This document shows, in pieces, positions 10,670-27,166 of a DNA stretch of 64,000 nt. Position 1 is the stretch's first letter, and the number at the start of each line of letters is the position of its first letter. This DNA comes from Escherichia coli (GTDB lineage: Bacteria > Pseudomonadota > Gammaproteobacteria > Enterobacterales > Enterobacteriaceae). A model generated the notes under the pieces. That model saw only the letters and a program-made list of their open reading frames with translations, ran no database searches and was not told the origin of the DNA. Where the stretch lies: assembly GCF_024502345.1 (NCBI RefSeq), contig NZ_JALDNN010000001.1, one strand, 5' to 3'. Both the position numbers and the translations under genes were made by a program.

Positions 10670-12649
10670 ATGTTTAGGTTGAACCCTTTCGTACGGGTCG
10701 GGCTGTGTTTGTCCGCTATTTCTTGTGCATGGCCTGTGTTAGCGGTCGATGATGATGGCGAAACGATGGTTGTCACTGCATCTTCCGTTGAACAAAACCT
10801 TAAAGATGCACCCGCCAGTATCAGCGTCATTACCCAGGAAGACCTGCAGCGAAAACCGGTACAGAATCTGAAGGATGTCCTCAAAGAAGTGCCTGGCGTA
10901 CAACTGACGAACGAAGGGGATAACCGTAAGGGCGTTAGTATTCGTGGTCTGGACAGCAGCTACACCCTGATTCTTGTCGACGGTAAACGCGTTAACTCCC
11001 GCAATGCCGTCTTCCGCCACAATGATTTCGATCTGAACTGGATCCCGGTCGATTCCATCGAACGTATTGAAGTGGTCCGTGGCCCGATGTCGTCGCTGTA
11101 CGGTTCCGATGCGCTCGGCGGTGTAGTGAATATCATCACCAAAAAAATCGGTCAGAAATGGTCGGGTACCGTTACCGTCGATACCACCATTCAGGAACAT
11201 CGCGATCGCGGTGATACCTATAACGGTCAGTTCTTTACCAGCGGACCATTAATTGACGGTGTGCTAGGAATGAAAGCTTACGGCAGCCTGGCAAAACGTG
11301 AAAAGGATGACCCGCAAAACTCAACGACCACCGATACTGGAGAAACGCCGCGTATTGAAGGATTCTCCAGCCGCGACGGCAATGTCGAATTTGCCTGGAC
11401 ACCGAATCAAAATCACGATTTTACTGCCGGATACGGTTTCGACCGTCAGGATCGTGATTCCGACTCGCTGGACAAAAACCGCCTGGAACGCCAGAACTAC
11501 TCCGTCAGCCATAATGGGCGTTGGGATTACGGCACCAGCGAACTGAAATACTACGGTGAGAAAGTCGAGAACAAAAACCCTGGCAACAGCAGCCCGATAA
11601 CTTCCGAAAGCAATACGGTCGACGGCAAATACACGTTGCCGCTGACGGCGATTAATCAGTTTCTCACGGTTGGCGGTGAATGGCGTCACGACAAACTTAG
11701 CGATGCGGTGAACCTGACCGGGGGAACCAGCTCCAAAACGTCTGCCAGCCAGTACGCGCTGTTTGTGGAAGATGAATGGCGGATCTTCGAGCCGCTGGCG
11801 CTGACGACCGGCGTGCGTATGGACGATCACGAAACCTACGGTGAACACTGGAGTCCGCGTGCCTACCTGGTTTATAACGCCACCGACACCGTAACGGTGA
11901 AAGGGGGCTGGGCGACGGCATTTAAAGCACCTTCTCTGTTGCAACTTAGCCCTGACTGGACGAGCAATTCCTGCCGTGGCGCATGTAAGATTGTGGGTAG
12001 CCCGGATCTGAAACCAGAAACCAGCGAAAGTTGGGAGCTGGGGCTTTACTACATGGGTGAAGAAGGCTGGCTGGAAGGGGTTGAATCCAGCGTTACCGTT
12101 TTCCGTAACGATGTGAAAGATCGTATCAGCATCAGCCGTACGTCTGACGTCAATGCTGCACCGGGCTACCAAAACTTTGTTGGTTTTACAGCGAACGGTG
12201 TGCCGGTATTTAGCTACTACAACGTTAACAAAGCACGTATTCAGGGCGTGGAAACCGAGCTGAAAATTCCGTTCAACGATGAATGGAAACTGTCACTCAA
12301 CTACACCTACAACGATGGTCGTGATGTCAGCAACGGCGAAAACAAACCGCTATCCGATCTGCCGTTCCATACCGCTAACGGTACGCTGGACTGGAAACCG
12401 CTGGCGCTGGAAGACTGGTCATTCTATGTTTCTGGTCACTATACCGGGCAGAAACGAGCCGACAGCGCGACGGCTAAAACACCGGGCGGTTATACCATCT
12501 GGAATACCGGCGCGGCCTGGCAGGTGACTAAAGACGTCAAACTGCGCGCAGGCGTGCTGAACCTTGGCGACAAGGATCTCAGTCGTGACGACTACAGCTA
12601 TAACGAAGACGGACGTCGTTACTTTATGGCAGTGGATTATCGCTTCTGA
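10670..12649 (+). CDS. cirA: TonB-dependent outer-membrane receptor for catecholate siderophores / colicin I receptor, 659 aa
   Basis: ORF track; signal peptide, TonB box (ETMVVTA), C-terminal aromatic residue. Confidence 0.95.
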   Translation: MFRLNPFVRVGLCLSAISCAWPVLAVDDDGETMVVTASSVEQNLKDAPASISVITQEDLQRKPVQNLKDVLKEVPGVQLTNEGDNRKGVSIRGLDSSYTLILVDGKRVNSRNAVFRHNDFDLNWIPVDSIERIEVVRGPMSSLYGSDALGGVVNIITKKIGQKWSGTVTVDTTIQEHRDRGDTYNGQFFTSGPLIDGVLGMKAYGSLAKREKDDPQNSTTTDTGETPRIEGFSSRDGNVEFAWTPNQNHDFTAGYGFDRQDRDSDSLDKNRLERQNYSVSHNGRWDYGTSELKYYGEKVENKNPGNSSPITSESNTVDGKYTLPLTAINQFLTVGGEWRHDKLSDAVNLTGGTSSKTSASQYALFVEDEWRIFEPLALTTGVRMDDHETYGEHWSPRAYLVYNATDTVTVKGGWATAFKAPSLLQLSPDWTSNSCRGACKIVGSPDLKPETSESWELGLYYMGEEGWLEGVESSVTVFRNDVKDRISISRTSDVNAAPGYQNFVGFTANGVPVFSYYNVNKARIQGVETELKIPFNDEWKLSLNYTYNDGRDVSNGENKPLSDLPFHTANGTLDWKPLALEDWSFYVSGHYTGQKRADSATAKTPGGYTIWNTGAAWQVTKDVKLRAGVLNLGDKDLSRDDYSYNEDGRRYFMAVDYRF

Positions 12650-12656
12650 TAAGAAG

Positions 12657-12676
12657 ATGCCCGGCGAACCGGGCGG
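12657..12676. terminator. Short GC hairpin between convergent cirA and yeiG
   Basis: GCCCGG-CGAA-CCGGGC hairpin; weak T-tract. Confidence 0.35.
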
Positions 12677-12680
12677 ACTT

Positions 12681-13550
<870 letters not shown>

Positions 13551-13774
13551 TCATCATACCGTTTATTCAGTGTGCTGTGAGTAACTTTCACTTCCGTATT
13601 TGCATAACGATGTTTTAACATCTGCTGATGAAAGGCAGCGGCAATTACAATAATTATCGCTGTGAATACTGGATTATGTGCGCCGCCTCACGCACAATAA
13701 TCAGGCTGTAAATCAGCTTAATAACTTTGCCCCCACGCAGGGCGGAGGCGTCACACCTGCAGGAGAAATCATAA

Positions 13775-14443
13775 ATGCCATCACTCAGTAAAGAAGCGGC
13801 CCTGGTTCATGAAGCGTTAGTTGCGCGAGGACTGGAAACACCGCTGCGCCCGCCCGTGCATGAAATGGATAACGAAACGCGCAAAAGCCTTATTGCTGGT
13901 CATATGACCGAAATCATGCAGCTGCTGAATCTCGACCTGGCTGATGACAGTTTGATGGAAACACCGCATCGCATCGCTAAAATGTATGTCGATGAAATTT
14001 TCTCCGGTCTGGATTACGCCAACTTCCCGAAAATCACCCTCATTGAAAACAAAATGAAGGTCGATGAAATGGTCACCGTGCGCGATATCACTCTGACCAG
14101 TACCTGTGAACACCATTTTGTTACCATCGATGGCAAAGCGACGGTGGCTTATATCCCGAAAGATTCGGTGATCGGTCTGTCAAAAATTAACCGTATTGTG
14201 CAGTTCTTTGCCCAGCGTCCGCAGGTGCAGGAACGTCTGACGCAGCAAATTCTCATTGCGCTACAAACGCTGCTGGGCACCAATAACGTGGCTGTCTCTA
14301 TCGACGCGGTGCATTACTGCGTGAAGGCGCGAGGCATCCGCGATGCAACCAGTGCCACGACAACGACCTCTCTTGGTGGATTGTTCAAATCCAGTCAGAA
14401 TACGCGCCACGAGTTTCTGCGCGCTGTGCGTCATCACAACTGA
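13775..14443 (+). CDS. folE: GTP cyclohydrolase I, 222 aa
   Basis: ORF track; length and family. Confidence 0.95.
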
Positions 14444-14459
14444 TTAAAAGGCAGGAACC

Positions 14460-15617
14460 ATGGAGCGCAACGTCACGCTCGATTTTGTTCGCGGCGTCGC
14501 CATTCTGGGGATCCTGCTATTAAACATCAGCGCCTTTGGGCTACCAAAGGCGGCTTATCTTAATCCCGCCTGGTACGGCGCTATTACGCCGCAGGATGCA
14601 TGGACCTGGGCATTTCTCGATCTCATCGGCCAGGTGAAATTCCTCACGCTTTTTGCGCTGCTGTTTGGTGCTGGCCTGCAAATGTTGCTGCCCCGTGGCA
14701 GACGCTGGATCCAGTCGCGGTTAACGCTGTTAGTCTTGCTGGGCTTTATTCACGGTTTATTGTTCTGGGACGGCGATATTCTGCTGGCTTACGGGCTGGT
14801 GGGCTTAATCTGCTGGCGGCTGGTGCGCGATGCGCCATCGGTAAAAAGCCTGTTTAATACCGGCGTCATGCTTTATCTGGTGGGGCTTGGCGTTTTGCTG
14901 TTATTGGGGTTGATTTCCGATAGCCAGACCAGCCGCGCCTGGACGCCGGATGCATCGGCTATTTTGTATGAAAAATACTGGAAGCTTCACGGCGGCGTTG
15001 AAGCGATCAGTAATCGTGCCGATGGTGTTGGCAACAGTTTACTGGCACTGGGCGCACAGTATGGCTGGCAACTGGCAGGGATGATGCTCATTGGTGCGGC
15101 GCTGATGCGCAGCGGCTGGCTGAAAGGGCAGTTCAGCTTACGTCACTATCGTCGTACTGGTTTTGTGCTGGCGGCGATTGGGGTGACCATTAACCTTCCT
15201 GCCATCGCCCTGCAATGGCAGCTGGACTGGGCGTATCGCTGGTGTGCCTTCTTACTTCAAATGCCGCGGGAACTGAGTGCGCCGTTTCAGGCGATTGGCT
15301 ATGCGTCGCTTTTTTATGGTTTCTGGCCGCAATTGAGCCGCTTTAAGCTGGTGCTTGCGATCGCCTGCGTCGGACGGATGGCGCTGACCAACTATCTATT
15401 GCAAACGCTGATTTGTACCACGCTTTTTTACCACCTCGGTTTGTTTATGCATTTTGACCGCCTGGAGCTGCTGGCGTTTGTTATTCCGGTATGGCTGGCG
15501 AATATCCTCTTCTCTGTTATCTGGCTGCGTTACTTCCGCCAGGGGCCGGTGGAATGGCTCTGGCGTCAGTTAACTTTGCGTGCTGCCGGACCGGCAATAT
15601 CTAAAACATCAAGATAA
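14460..15617 (+). CDS. yeiB: DUF418-family inner membrane protein, 385 aa
   Basis: ORF track; polytopic membrane protein 16 nt after folE (operon). Confidence 0.85.
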   Translation: MERNVTLDFVRGVAILGILLLNISAFGLPKAAYLNPAWYGAITPQDAWTWAFLDLIGQVKFLTLFALLFGAGLQMLLPRGRRWIQSRLTLLVLLGFIHGLLFWDGDILLAYGLVGLICWRLVRDAPSVKSLFNTGVMLYLVGLGVLLLLGLISDSQTSRAWTPDASAILYEKYWKLHGGVEAISNRADGVGNSLLALGAQYGWQLAGMMLIGAALMRSGWLKGQFSLRHYRRTGFVLAAIGVTINLPAIALQWQLDWAYRWCAFLLQMPRELSAPFQAIGYASLFYGFWPQLSRFKLVLAIACVGRMALTNYLLQTLICTTLFYHLGLFMHFDRLELLAFVIPVWLANILFSVIWLRYFRQGPVEWLWRQLTLRAAGPAISKTSR

Positions 15618-15647
15618 CGATCTGGATCACATTCGTTAACAAAACGG

Positions 15648-15663
15648 CTGTAACCGTTTCCAT
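15648..15663. promoter_or_regulatory. GalR/GalS-type operator upstream of galS
   Basis: CTGTAACCGTTTCCAT fits nTGnAAnCGnTTnCAn at every constrained position. Confidence 0.6.
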
Positions 15664-15666
15664 TGC

Positions 15667-15682
15667 TGTGACTCGATTCACG
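15667..15682. promoter_or_regulatory. CRP binding site in galS promoter
   Basis: TGTGA-CTCGAT-TCACG versus TGTGA-N6-TCACA. Confidence 0.6.
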
Positions 15683-15758
15683 AAGTCCTGTATTCAGTGC
15701 TGACAAAATAGCCGGCAGCAAGCAGTCATTTACTGCAATCTCATAACAGGTAGTGAAT

Positions 15759-16799
15759 ATGATCACCATTCGTGATGTAGCGCGTCAGGCTGGCGTCTCT
15801 GTGGCAACGGTTTCCCGGGTGCTCAATAACAGCACGCTGGTCAGTGCCGACACGCGTGAAGCAGTAATGAAAGCCGTGAGTGAGCTGGATTATCGGCCAA
15901 ACGCCAATGCCCAGGCGCTGGCAACTCAGGTTAGCGACACCATTGGCGTGGTGGTGATGGACGTTTCTGATGCGTTTTTCGGCGCGCTGATAAAAGCGGT
16001 GGATCTGGTCGCTCAGCAGCATCAGAAATACGTGCTAATCGGCAATAGCTATCATGAAGCGGAAAAAGAGCGTCACGCCATTGAGGTGTTAATTCGCCAG
16101 CGTTGTAATGCGTTGATTGTTCACTCAAAAGCATTGAGTGACGATGAACTGGCGCAATTTATGGATAACATTCCCGGTATGGTGTTAATCAACCGCGTTG
16201 TGCCGGGGTTCGCCCATCGTTGCGTTTGCCTGGATAATCTCAGCGGTGCCCGAATGGCGACGCGCATGTTGCTGAATAACGGTCATCAACGTATTGGTTA
16301 TCTTTCTTCCAGTCACGGCATTGAAGATGACGCCATGCGTAAAGCAGGCTGGATGAGTGCGTTGAAAGAGCAGGATATTATTCCGCCGGAAAGCTGGATT
16401 GGCACTGGCACGCCGGACATGCCGGGCGGTGAGGCGGCGATGGTTGAACTGCTGGGGCGCAATCTACAACTTACCGCTGTATTTGCTTATAACGACAATA
16501 TGGCTGCTGGCGCACTGACAGCATTAAAAGATAATGGCATTGCGATTCCGTTACATCTCTCAATCATCGGTTTCGATGATATTCCCATCGCCCGTTACAC
16601 CGACCCGCAATTAACGACCGTGCGTTATCCCATTGCTTCAATGGCTAAATTAGCCACCGAACTGGCCTTGCAGGGGGCAGCAGGCAATATTGATCCTCGT
16701 GCCAGCCACTGTTTTATGCCGACGTTAGTGCGTCGCCATTCTGTCGCAACGCGCCAGAATGCGGCGGCGATCACTAACTCAACAAATCAGGCGATGTAA
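15759..16799 (+). CDS. galS: LacI/GalR-family repressor GalS (346 aa from ATG; ORF track starts at GTG 15753)
   Basis: ORF track; [26 protein letters not shown]; synteny upstream of mglBAC. Confidence 0.9.
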   Translation: MITIRDVARQAGVSVATVSRVLNNSTLVSADTREAVMKAVSELDYRPNANAQALATQVSDTIGVVVMDVSDAFFGALIKAVDLVAQQHQKYVLIGNSYHEAEKERHAIEVLIRQRCNALIVHSKALSDDELAQFMDNIPGMVLINRVVPGFAHRCVCLDNLSGARMATRMLLNNGHQRIGYLSSSHGIEDDAMRKAGWMSALKEQDIIPPESWIGTGTPDMPGGEAAMVELLGRNLQLTAVFAYNDNMAAGALTALKDNGIAIPLHLSIIGFDDIPIARYTDPQLTTVRYPIASMAKLATELALQGAAGNIDPRASHCFMPTLVRRHSVATRQNAAAITNSTNQAM

Positions 16800-16812
16800 C
16801 CGCTTTCAATCT

Positions 16813-16828
16813 GTGAGTGATTTCACAG
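16813..16828. promoter_or_regulatory. CRP binding site in the mglB promoter
   Basis: TGTGA-GTGATT-TCACA, perfect match to consensus half-sites. Confidence 0.7.
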
Positions 16829-17078
16829 TATCTTAACAATGTGATAGCTATGATTGCACCGTTTTAACGTTGTAACCCGTATGTAACAGTGAATAATCAC
16901 TTTCACCGAGGTAATAGCGTCATAACAACAATTAAAGCCGTTTTCTGGAGCGTTACCGGGCATGGAAGAACGAATTTTAAAAAGTGAGCTTCGGCGTTCA
17001 GTAACACTTCATTAACTCTACTGCCCCGCCGAGCATTTATCTCAAGCACTACCCTGCATAAGAAAAACCGGAGATACC

Positions 17079-18077
17079 ATGAATAAGAAGGTGTTAACCC
17101 TGTCTGCTGTGATGGCCAGCATGTTATTCGGTGCCGCTGCACACGCTGCTGATACTCGCATTGGTGTAACAATCTATAAGTACGACGATAACTTTATGTC
17201 TGTAGTGCGCAAGGCTATTGAGCAAGATGCGAAAGCCGCGCCAGATGTTCAGCTGCTGATGAATGATTCTCAGAATGACCAGTCCAAGCAGAACGATCAG
17301 ATCGACGTATTGCTGGCGAAAGGGGTGAAGGCACTGGCAATCAACCTGGTTGACCCGGCAGCTGCGGGTACGGTGATTGAGAAAGCGCGTGGGCAAAACG
17401 TGCCGGTGGTTTTCTTCAACAAAGAACCGTCTCGTAAGGCGCTGGATAGCTACGACAAAGCCTACTACGTTGGCACTGACTCCAAAGAGTCCGGCATTAT
17501 TCAGGGCGATTTGATTGCTAAACACTGGGCGGCGAATCAGGGTTGGGATCTGAACAAAGACGGTCAGATTCAGTTCGTACTGCTGAAAGGTGAACCGGGC
17601 CATCCGGATGCAGAAGCACGTACCACTTACGTGATTAAAGAATTGAACGATAAAGGCATCAAAACTGAACAGTTACAGTTAGATACCGCAATGTGGGACA
17701 CCGCTCAGGCGAAAGATAAGATGGACGCCTGGCTGTCTGGCCCGAACGCCAACAAAATCGAAGTGGTTATCGCCAACAACGATGCGATGGCAATGGGCGC
17801 GGTAGAAGCACTGAAAGCACACAACAAGTCCAGCATTCCGGTGTTTGGCGTCGATGCGCTGCCAGAAGCGCTGGCGCTGGTGAAATCCGGTGCACTGGCG
17901 GGCACAGTACTGAACGATGCTAACAACCAGGCGAAAGCGACCTTTGATCTGGCGAAAAACCTGGCCGATGGCAAAGGTGCGGCTGATGGCACCAACTGGA
18001 AAATCGACAACAAAGTGGTCCGCGTACCTTATGTTGGCGTAGATAAAGACAACCTGGCTGAATTCAGCAAGAAATAA
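17079..18077 (+). CDS. mglB: Galactose/glucose ABC transporter periplasmic binding protein, 332 aa
   Basis: ORF track; signal peptide; family and synteny. Confidence 0.95.
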   Translation: MNKKVLTLSAVMASMLFGAAAHAADTRIGVTIYKYDDNFMSVVRKAIEQDAKAAPDVQLLMNDSQNDQSKQNDQIDVLLAKGVKALAINLVDPAAAGTVIEKARGQNVPVVFFNKEPSRKALDSYDKAYYVGTDSKESGIIQGDLIAKHWAANQGWDLNKDGQIQFVLLKGEPGHPDAEARTTYVIKELNDKGIKTEQLQLDTAMWDTAQAKDKMDAWLSGPNANKIEVVIANNDAMAMGAVEALKAHNKSSIPVFGVDALPEALALVKSGALAGTVLNDANNQAKATFDLAKNLADGKGAADGTNWKIDNKVVRVPYVGVDKDNLAEFSKK

Positions 18078-18085
18078 GACTGATT

Positions 18086-18113
18086 GGGCGCAGTCGTTTA
18101 CTGCGCCCTTATT
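18086..18113 (+). terminator. Intra-operon hairpin (partial terminator / mRNA stabiliser) between mglB and mglA
   Basis: GGGCGCAGT-CGTTT-ACTGCGCCC 9-bp stem followed by TTATTG. Confidence 0.6.
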
Positions 18114-18137
18114 GTATGGCCAACAAGGTAAAATTAT

Positions 18138-19658
18138 ATGGTCAGCTCAACGACTCCGTCTTCCGGGGAATACTTGTTGGAAATGAGCGGTATCAACAAG
18201 TCCTTTCCTGGTGTTAAGGCACTTGATAACGTTAATTTAAAAGTCCGGCCACATTCTATCCATGCATTAATGGGGGAAAACGGTGCAGGAAAATCGACAT
18301 TATTAAAATGCCTGTTTGGTATTTATCAAAAAGACTCCGGCACCATTTTATTCCAGGGTAAAGAGATCGATTTCCATTCCGCCAAAGAGGCACTGGAAAA
18401 TGGTATTTCGATGGTACACCAGGAGTTAAACCTGGTATTACAACGTTCGGTGATGGATAACATGTGGCTGGGGCGATATCCCACCAAAGGCATGTTTGTC
18501 GATCAGGACAAAATGTACCGCGAAACCAAAGCGATTTTTGATGAACTGGATATTGATATCGATCCGCGTGCGCGCGTCGGCACATTATCCGTTTCGCAAA
18601 TGCAGATGATCGAAATCGCAAAAGCGTTTTCCTATAACGCGAAAATTGTGATTATGGATGAACCGACTTCTTCGTTAACCGAAAAAGAGGTCAATCATCT
18701 GTTCACTATTATTCGTAAATTAAAAGAGCGCGGCTGCGGTATTGTTTATATCTCGCATAAAATGGAAGAAATCTTCCAGTTATGTGATGAAGTTACCGTA
18801 TTGCGCGACGGTCAGTGGATCGCCACCGAACCGCTGGCAGGACTGACGATGGACAAGATCATCGCCATGATGGTTGGGCGTTCTCTTAACCAGCGTTTCC
18901 CTGACAAAGAAAACAAGCCGGGCGAAGTCATCCTCGAGGTGCGTAACCTGACGTCACTGCGCCAGCCGTCGATCCGTGATGTCTCGTTTGATCTGCATAA
19001 AGGGGAGATCCTCGGTATTGCCGGTCTGGTGGGGGCGAAACGTACCGATATTGTTGAGACGTTATTTGGTATTCGCGAGAAATCGGCTGGCACCATTACG
19101 TTGCACGGCAAAAAGATCAATAACCATAATGCCAACGAAGCCATAAACCACGGATTTGCACTGGTAACTGAGGAGCGCCGCTCAACGGGGATTTATGCCT
19201 ATCTGGATATTGGTTTTAACTCGTTAATTTCCAATATTCGCAACTACAAAAATAAAGTTGGTTTACTGGATAACTCGCGGATGAAAAGCGATACCCAGTG
19301 GGTGATTGATTCGATGCGGGTAAAAACACCGGGGCATCGGACGCAAATTGGTTCGCTCTCCGGTGGTAATCAGCAAAAGGTGATTATTGGGCGCTGGCTA
19401 CTAACGCAACCGGAAATATTAATGCTCGATGAACCGACGCGCGGTATTGATGTCGGGGCGAAGTTTGAGATCTATCAGTTAATTGCCGAACTGGCGAAGA
19501 AAGGCAAGGGGATTATTATTATCTCCTCTGAAATGCCTGAGTTGTTAGGGATAACAGACCGTATTCTGGTCATGAGCAATGGTCTCGTTTCCGGAATTGT
19601 CGATACAAAAACAACAACGCAAAACGAAATTCTGCGTCTTGCGTCTTTGCACCTTTAA
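18138..19658 (+). CDS. mglA: Galactose ABC transporter ATP-binding protein (duplicated ABC domains), 506 aa
   Basis: ORF track; two Walker A motifs (GENGAGKST and a second ABC domain). Confidence 0.95.
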   Translation: MVSSTTPSSGEYLLEMSGINKSFPGVKALDNVNLKVRPHSIHALMGENGAGKSTLLKCLFGIYQKDSGTILFQGKEIDFHSAKEALENGISMVHQELNLVLQRSVMDNMWLGRYPTKGMFVDQDKMYRETKAIFDELDIDIDPRARVGTLSVSQMQMIEIAKAFSYNAKIVIMDEPTSSLTEKEVNHLFTIIRKLKERGCGIVYISHKMEEIFQLCDEVTVLRDGQWIATEPLAGLTMDKIIAMMVGRSLNQRFPDKENKPGEVILEVRNLTSLRQPSIRDVSFDLHKGEILGIAGLVGAKRTDIVETLFGIREKSAGTITLHGKKINNHNANEAINHGFALVTEERRSTGIYAYLDIGFNSLISNIRNYKNKVGLLDNSRMKSDTQWVIDSMRVKTPGHRTQIGSLSGGNQQKVIIGRWLLTQPEILMLDEPTRGIDVGAKFEIYQLIAELAKKGKGIIIISSEMPELLGITDRILVMSNGLVSGIVDTKTTTQNEILRLASLHL

Positions 19659-19673
19659 GATTAGGGGCTTCCC

Positions 19674-20684
19674 ATGAGTGCGTTAAATAAGAAAAGTTTT
19701 CTTACTTACCTGAAAGAGGGCGGTATTTACGTCGTTCTTTTAGTTTTGCTGGCGATTATTATTTTCCAGGACCCAACATTTTTAAGTCTGTTGAACTTAA
19801 GTAATATTCTCACCCAGTCATCGGTGCGTATTATTATCGCGCTCGGCGTGGCAGGGTTAATTGTCACCCAGGGGACCGACCTTTCTGCGGGGCGTCAGGT
19901 AGGGCTGGCGGCAGTGGTGGCAGCGACATTATTGCAGTCCATGGATAACGCCAACAAAGTGTTCCCGGAAATGGCGACGATGCCGATTGCGCTGGTTATT
20001 CTGATTGTCTGTGCCATTGGTGCGGTGATCGGTTTGATCAACGGTCTGATTATCGCTTATCTCAACGTGACGCCGTTCATTACCACGCTCGGCACGATGA
20101 TCATCGTCTATGGCATCAACTCGCTCTATTACGACTTTGTCGGGGCGTCGCCAATTTCTGGATTTGACAGTGGCTTCTCTACCTTTGCTCAGGGCTTTGT
20201 CGCGCTGGGGAGTTTCCGTCTCTCTTACATCACCTTCTACGCGTTGATTGCGGTGGCGTTCGTCTGGGTGTTGTGGAACAAAACCCGCTTCGGTAAGAAC
20301 ATTTTTGCTATTGGCGGTAACCCGGAAGCGGCAAAAGTATCTGGTGTCAATGTCGGCCTGAACCTGCTGATGATCTACGCGTTGTCTGGTGTGTTCTATG
20401 CCTTCGGCGGGATGTTAGAAGCCGGACGTATCGGCTCTGCCACCAACAACCTCGGCTTTATGTATGAACTGGATGCTATCGCGGCGTGCGTGGTAGGCGG
20501 TGTATCGTTCAGCGGCGGTGTGGGGACGGTGATTGGCGTGGTGACCGGGGTAATTATTTTTACCGTCATCAACTATGGCCTGACGTATATCGGCGTAAAC
20601 CCATACTGGCAGTACATCATCAAAGGGGCGATTATTATCTTCGCCGTAGCGCTGGATTCACTGAAATACGCGCGTAAGAAGTGA
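19674..20684 (+). CDS. mglC: Galactose ABC transporter permease, 336 aa
   Basis: ORF track; polytopic permease; synteny. Confidence 0.95.
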   Translation: MSALNKKSFLTYLKEGGIYVVLLVLLAIIIFQDPTFLSLLNLSNILTQSSVRIIIALGVAGLIVTQGTDLSAGRQVGLAAVVAATLLQSMDNANKVFPEMATMPIALVILIVCAIGAVIGLINGLIIAYLNVTPFITTLGTMIIVYGINSLYYDFVGASPISGFDSGFSTFAQGFVALGSFRLSYITFYALIAVAFVWVLWNKTRFGKNIFAIGGNPEAAKVSGVNVGLNLLMIYALSGVFYAFGGMLEAGRIGSATNNLGFMYELDAIAACVVGGVSFSGGVGTVIGVVTGVIIFTVINYGLTYIGVNPYWQYIIKGAIIIFAVALDSLKYARKK

Positions 20685-20743
20685 TGTGATTGTGGTCCGC
20701 ATTCGGTCATAAACGCACATAACATCATGATCTGTGTGGTTTT

Positions 20744-20917
20744 GTAGGCCGGATAAGGCGTTCACGCCGCATCCGGCGACAGGAGCCAAATGCCGGATGC
20801 AACGCTGGCGCGTTTTATCCGGCCTACAATGAGTTCAACATACTGATTTGTATGGTTTTGTAGGCCGGATAAGGCGTTCAAGCCGCATCCGGCGACAGGA
20901 ACTAAATGCCGGATGCG
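20744..20917. repeat. BIME: cluster of about 4 REP units in alternating orientation
   Basis: Repeated GCCGGATAAGGCGTTCACGCCGCATCCGGC and its reverse complement. Confidence 0.85.
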
Positions 20918-20926
20918 TCTCTGGTT

Positions 20927-22162
20927 TTACAACGTTACCGGGTGTTCTTTCTCGCCTTTCTTAAACTTCACTTCCCCGAGCTCAATACAACCCACCGGGC
21001 AGACGTGACCACAAAGCAGACAACCCACACATTTCTCGGTATTACAATGCGGTGTGCGGGTTTTCTCGCTCCATTCCATCGCCTGGTGACCGCCGTCGTA
21101 ACAGGAAATATAACAGCGTCCACAGCCAACACATTTATCAAGATTGATACGGGGATAGACAATATAACTGCGGTCTAAATCTTCCGCCGGGACAATATTG
21201 TTATTCGCCAGACCTACCATCTCCTGCAACGAATCAAATCCCTGATCGGCGAGATAATGCGATAACCCGCTCGCCATATCTTCTACGATGCGATAGCCGT
21301 ACTGCATAATGCCGGTGGTGACCTGTAACGTTGCTGCGCCGAGCAATAAAAACTCCGCCGCATCCTCCCAGGTTTCAATGCCGCCGATACCGCTGATTGG
21401 GAAATCGCGCAGTTCTGGATGGGTGCGCATTTGCTGAATGAAGCGCAGGGCGATCGGTTTTACCGCTTTACCGGAATATCCGGAAATACTCGATTTTCCG
21501 TTAACGATCGGCATACCGATTTTCTGATTAAGATCGATATTGGTGATGGATTTAACGGTGTTAATCGCCGCAATGCCATCTGCGCCGCCGCGCTTCGCCG
21601 CCAGCGCCACTTCGCACATATCACCGATATTCGGCGTCATCTTCGCCAGCATTGGCAGCGTGGAACCCCGTTTCACTGCCCGACAATATTTTTCTACCAG
21701 CTCCGGGCTTTGCCCGACATCGCTACCCATCGCATGAGAAGTCATTTGCGGACAGGAGAAGTTACACTCGATCATATCCGCGCCAGCTTCTTGCACCAGG
21801 CGCGCCAGCTCCTCCCATTGCTGCTCATTTTCCCCCATGATCGAAGCGATCAATACTTTGTCCGGGTAATCTTCCTTCAGCCGACGCAGGGCGGCCAGAT
21901 TCTCTTCCAACGGATGTTCAGCAATCTGCTCCATATTTTTGAAGCCGATAAAACCGGTATCTTCTTTCACCAGATGATCAAAACGCGGCGAGACTTCGTT
22001 GGCGATAAAAAAGCCGATCGTTTTAAACACCACACCGCCCCAACCTGTGTCGTAGGCTTTGGCACACATCTCATAGCAGTTGCCTACCGGCGAAGAAGAG
22101 AGGCAGAACGGGTTGGGAAACTTCACGCCGCAAAAAGTAATCGAAAGATCTTTCGTTAACAT
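20927..22162 (-). CDS. preA: NAD-dependent dihydropyrimidine dehydrogenase subunit PreA (411 aa from ATG 22162; ORF track TTG at 22168)
   Basis: ORF track; DHODH-like TIM barrel plus C-terminal 4Fe-4S ferredoxin cysteine clusters. Confidence 0.9.
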   Translation of the reverse strand: MLTKDLSITFCGVKFPNPFCLSSSPVGNCYEMCAKAYDTGWGGVVFKTIGFFIANEVSPRFDHLVKEDTGFIGFKNMEQIAEHPLEENLAALRRLKEDYPDKVLIASIMGENEQQWEELARLVQEAGADMIECNFSCPQMTSHAMGSDVGQSPELVEKYCRAVKRGSTLPMLAKMTPNIGDMCEVALAAKRGGADGIAAINTVKSITNIDLNQKIGMPIVNGKSSISGYSGKAVKPIALRFIQQMRTHPELRDFPISGIGGIETWEDAAEFLLLGAATLQVTTGIMQYGYRIVEDMASGLSHYLADQGFDSLQEMVGLANNNIVPAEDLDRSYIVYPRINLDKCVGCGRCYISCYDGGHQAMEWSEKTRTPHCNTEKCVGCLLCGHVCPVGCIELGEVKFKKGEKEHPVTL

Positions 22163-23394
22163 GAGCAAGCTCCCTCTAAATAGTGATGAATCGCCTCGGC
22201 GGCTTCTTTCCCGGTTTTCACGGCATAGACCACGGTTTTGTCACCCTCAACAATATCGCCCGCAGCAAAGACTTGCGGATCGCGGGTCTGATAATTTTGT
22301 GTATTGATAGTGTTACGCTGCGGCTCTAACTCCGCAAAGGCATCCAGTCTGGCATGCTGACCGACGGCGAGAATAATTTTATCTGCCGCCATCGTCAGTT
22401 CGCCCGGTAACCGTACATGCTTAAACGTGACTTTATTGCCTTCCACGACTACTGGCGTGAATCCATCGATGATCGAAACGCCCAGCTCTTGGGCGCTGGT
22501 AAACTCTTTTTCGCTTGCCGGAAACTCATCTAACTCTTCACGCGCTACGCAAGTTACCGCCTGACAGCCGAGAACTTTCAGCGTGCTGGCTACGTCCATC
22601 GCGACATCACCGCCGCCGATAATTAATGCGCTTTGTGGAATGCTGATATCGCCTTGCGCCTGTCGTACACGTTGCAGGCAGTCGACGGCAATCTCAACGT
22701 CACTATGCTCAAACAGCGGTAGCCCGGAACCGCTTGATAACCCCACGGTGACCAGTACCGCGCGGTTTTCTGCTTTCAGCTGCTCAAGGGTGAGTGTGTT
22801 ACCGACTTCGTTGTTGCACTTAATGGTCACGCCCATTTTTTCAATACGGGCGATCTCTGCATCCAGCACTGATTGCGGTAACCGGAATTGCGGAATACCG
22901 TTACGCAACCAGCCACCGGGGTGCGCTTCTTTCTCATAAATCGTGACGTCATAACCCTGGTTTGTCAGTGTTACACTGGCCTGCAATCCGGCAGGACCTG
23001 CGCCAATAATCGCGACTTTGCCGAGCGTTTTAGTACCGGGCTGATAAATTTCCATCCCAGTTTGTTGTTCAAAATCAGTAACAAAACGCTGTAAGCGACC
23101 GATATCAATGGGAGTATCAACACCGGCACGGGTACAACCGCTTTGACATAATTTCTCCGTCGGGCACACTCTGGCACAAACGGCACCGAGGGCATTATTT
23201 TCGCGAATTGTCTCGGCAGCGCCTTTAAAATTACGAAAGTAGATTGAGCGAATAAATTTCCCCGGATCGGTCTGTGCCGGGCAAGCCTGACTACAGGGAG
23301 CGTCATGACATAATAAACAGCGAGAGGCTTCTTTAATCGCCAGTAAAGGCGTAAAAGCCGGAGTGAGTTCATCCAGATAATTTTGTTGCGGCAT
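22156..23394 (-). CDS. preT: NAD-dependent dihydropyrimidine dehydrogenase subunit PreT, 412 aa
   Basis: ORF track; Rossmann GxGxxG (IIGAGPAG) and Fe-S cysteines; stop 1 nt before preA ATG. Confidence 0.9.
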   Translation of the reverse strand: MPQQNYLDELTPAFTPLLAIKEASRCLLCHDAPCSQACPAQTDPGKFIRSIYFRNFKGAAETIRENNALGAVCARVCPTEKLCQSGCTRAGVDTPIDIGRLQRFVTDFEQQTGMEIYQPGTKTLGKVAIIGAGPAGLQASVTLTNQGYDVTIYEKEAHPGGWLRNGIPQFRLPQSVLDAEIARIEKMGVTIKCNNEVGNTLTLEQLKAENRAVLVTVGLSSGSGLPLFEHSDVEIAVDCLQRVRQAQGDISIPQSALIIGGGDVAMDVASTLKVLGCQAVTCVAREELDEFPASEKEFTSAQELGVSIIDGFTPVVVEGNKVTFKHVRLPGELTMAADKIILAVGQHARLDAFAELEPQRNTINTQNYQTRDPQVFAAGDIVEGDKTVVYAVKTGKEAAEAIHHYLEGACSC

Positions 23395-23436
23395 GTGATC
23401 TTCCTTAATGCTATGAGTAATTAAGGCGAACGCTAA

Positions 23437-23563
23437 ATATACTCGTCATACTTCAAGTTGCATGTGCTGCGTCTGCGTTCGCTCACCCCAGTCACTTACT
23501 TATGTAAGCTCCTGGGGACTCACTCACTTGTCGCCTTCCTGCAACTCGAATTATTTAGAGTAT
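23437..23563. repeat. ERIC (IRU) element, full-length about 127 bp
   Basis: TATACTCGTCATACTTCAAGTTGCATGTGCTGCG ... GAATTATTTAGAGTATA imperfect palindrome characteristic of ERIC. Confidence 0.8.
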
Positions 23564-23712
23564 AAATATTGCGTGCTGATATTAAGGCTATGCGCGTGGG
23601 GAAATTTATACTGTGAAAGGATTCACAAATAGCTGCGGTTCAGAATGTTATATCCGCAGCTTATTGAGTGAAGTAATAATTATTCTCAATAATTAACAGA
23701 AAAGAGAAAATA

Positions 23713-25708
<1,996 letters not shown>

Positions 25709-25767
25709 GGCGTTGCCTCATAATCATGTAATGGGATAACAGTTTACGAACCCGTTATGGCTTTATA

Positions 25768-25783
25768 TGTGATCTGAATCTCA
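25768..25783. promoter_or_regulatory. CRP site in the cdd promoter
   Basis: TGTGA-TCTGAA-TCTCA, about 70 nt upstream of the cdd start. Confidence 0.5.
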
Positions 25784-25837
25784 TTAATTATGCAACACGT
25801 GAAACTTACATCAAAAATGCGCGACGTATCGCAAATT

Positions 25838-26964
<1,127 letters not shown>

Positions 26965-27166
26965 TTAATTCGTAAAACGTGCTACCGATCACATTAAGAA
27001 ATCAGCGCTTATTTTTTCGCTCCCCGGCATTACGCAATGCGCAACGAACTCAGGCATACATCAAGCATAGAGAGGGATTGCAGTTTGCAGCAATCCCTCT
27101 TTGTAGACCTTTAATCCGCTGACCATAGGCGCTAACATAGCGCCTCATTATTTTGCGGGTGATGAT

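Noticed and set aside
10739-12172. Long antisense ORFs inside cirA (153 and 283 aa), with similar ones inside bglX, metG, yehI and molR
   Set aside because: They lie opposite well-supported genes and have no start context, the usual shadow ORFs of high-GC coding regions.
10670-12649. Possible small indel in cirA (659 aa versus about 663 recalled for K-12)
   Set aside because: The frame is intact with all hallmark motifs, and the 4-residue difference may be strain variation or faulty recall; not enough to call a lesion.
16903-17172. 89-aa minus-strand ORF across the mglB promoter and start
   Set aside because: It overlaps the mglB promoter and N-terminus antisense and has no RBS; a typical spurious frame.
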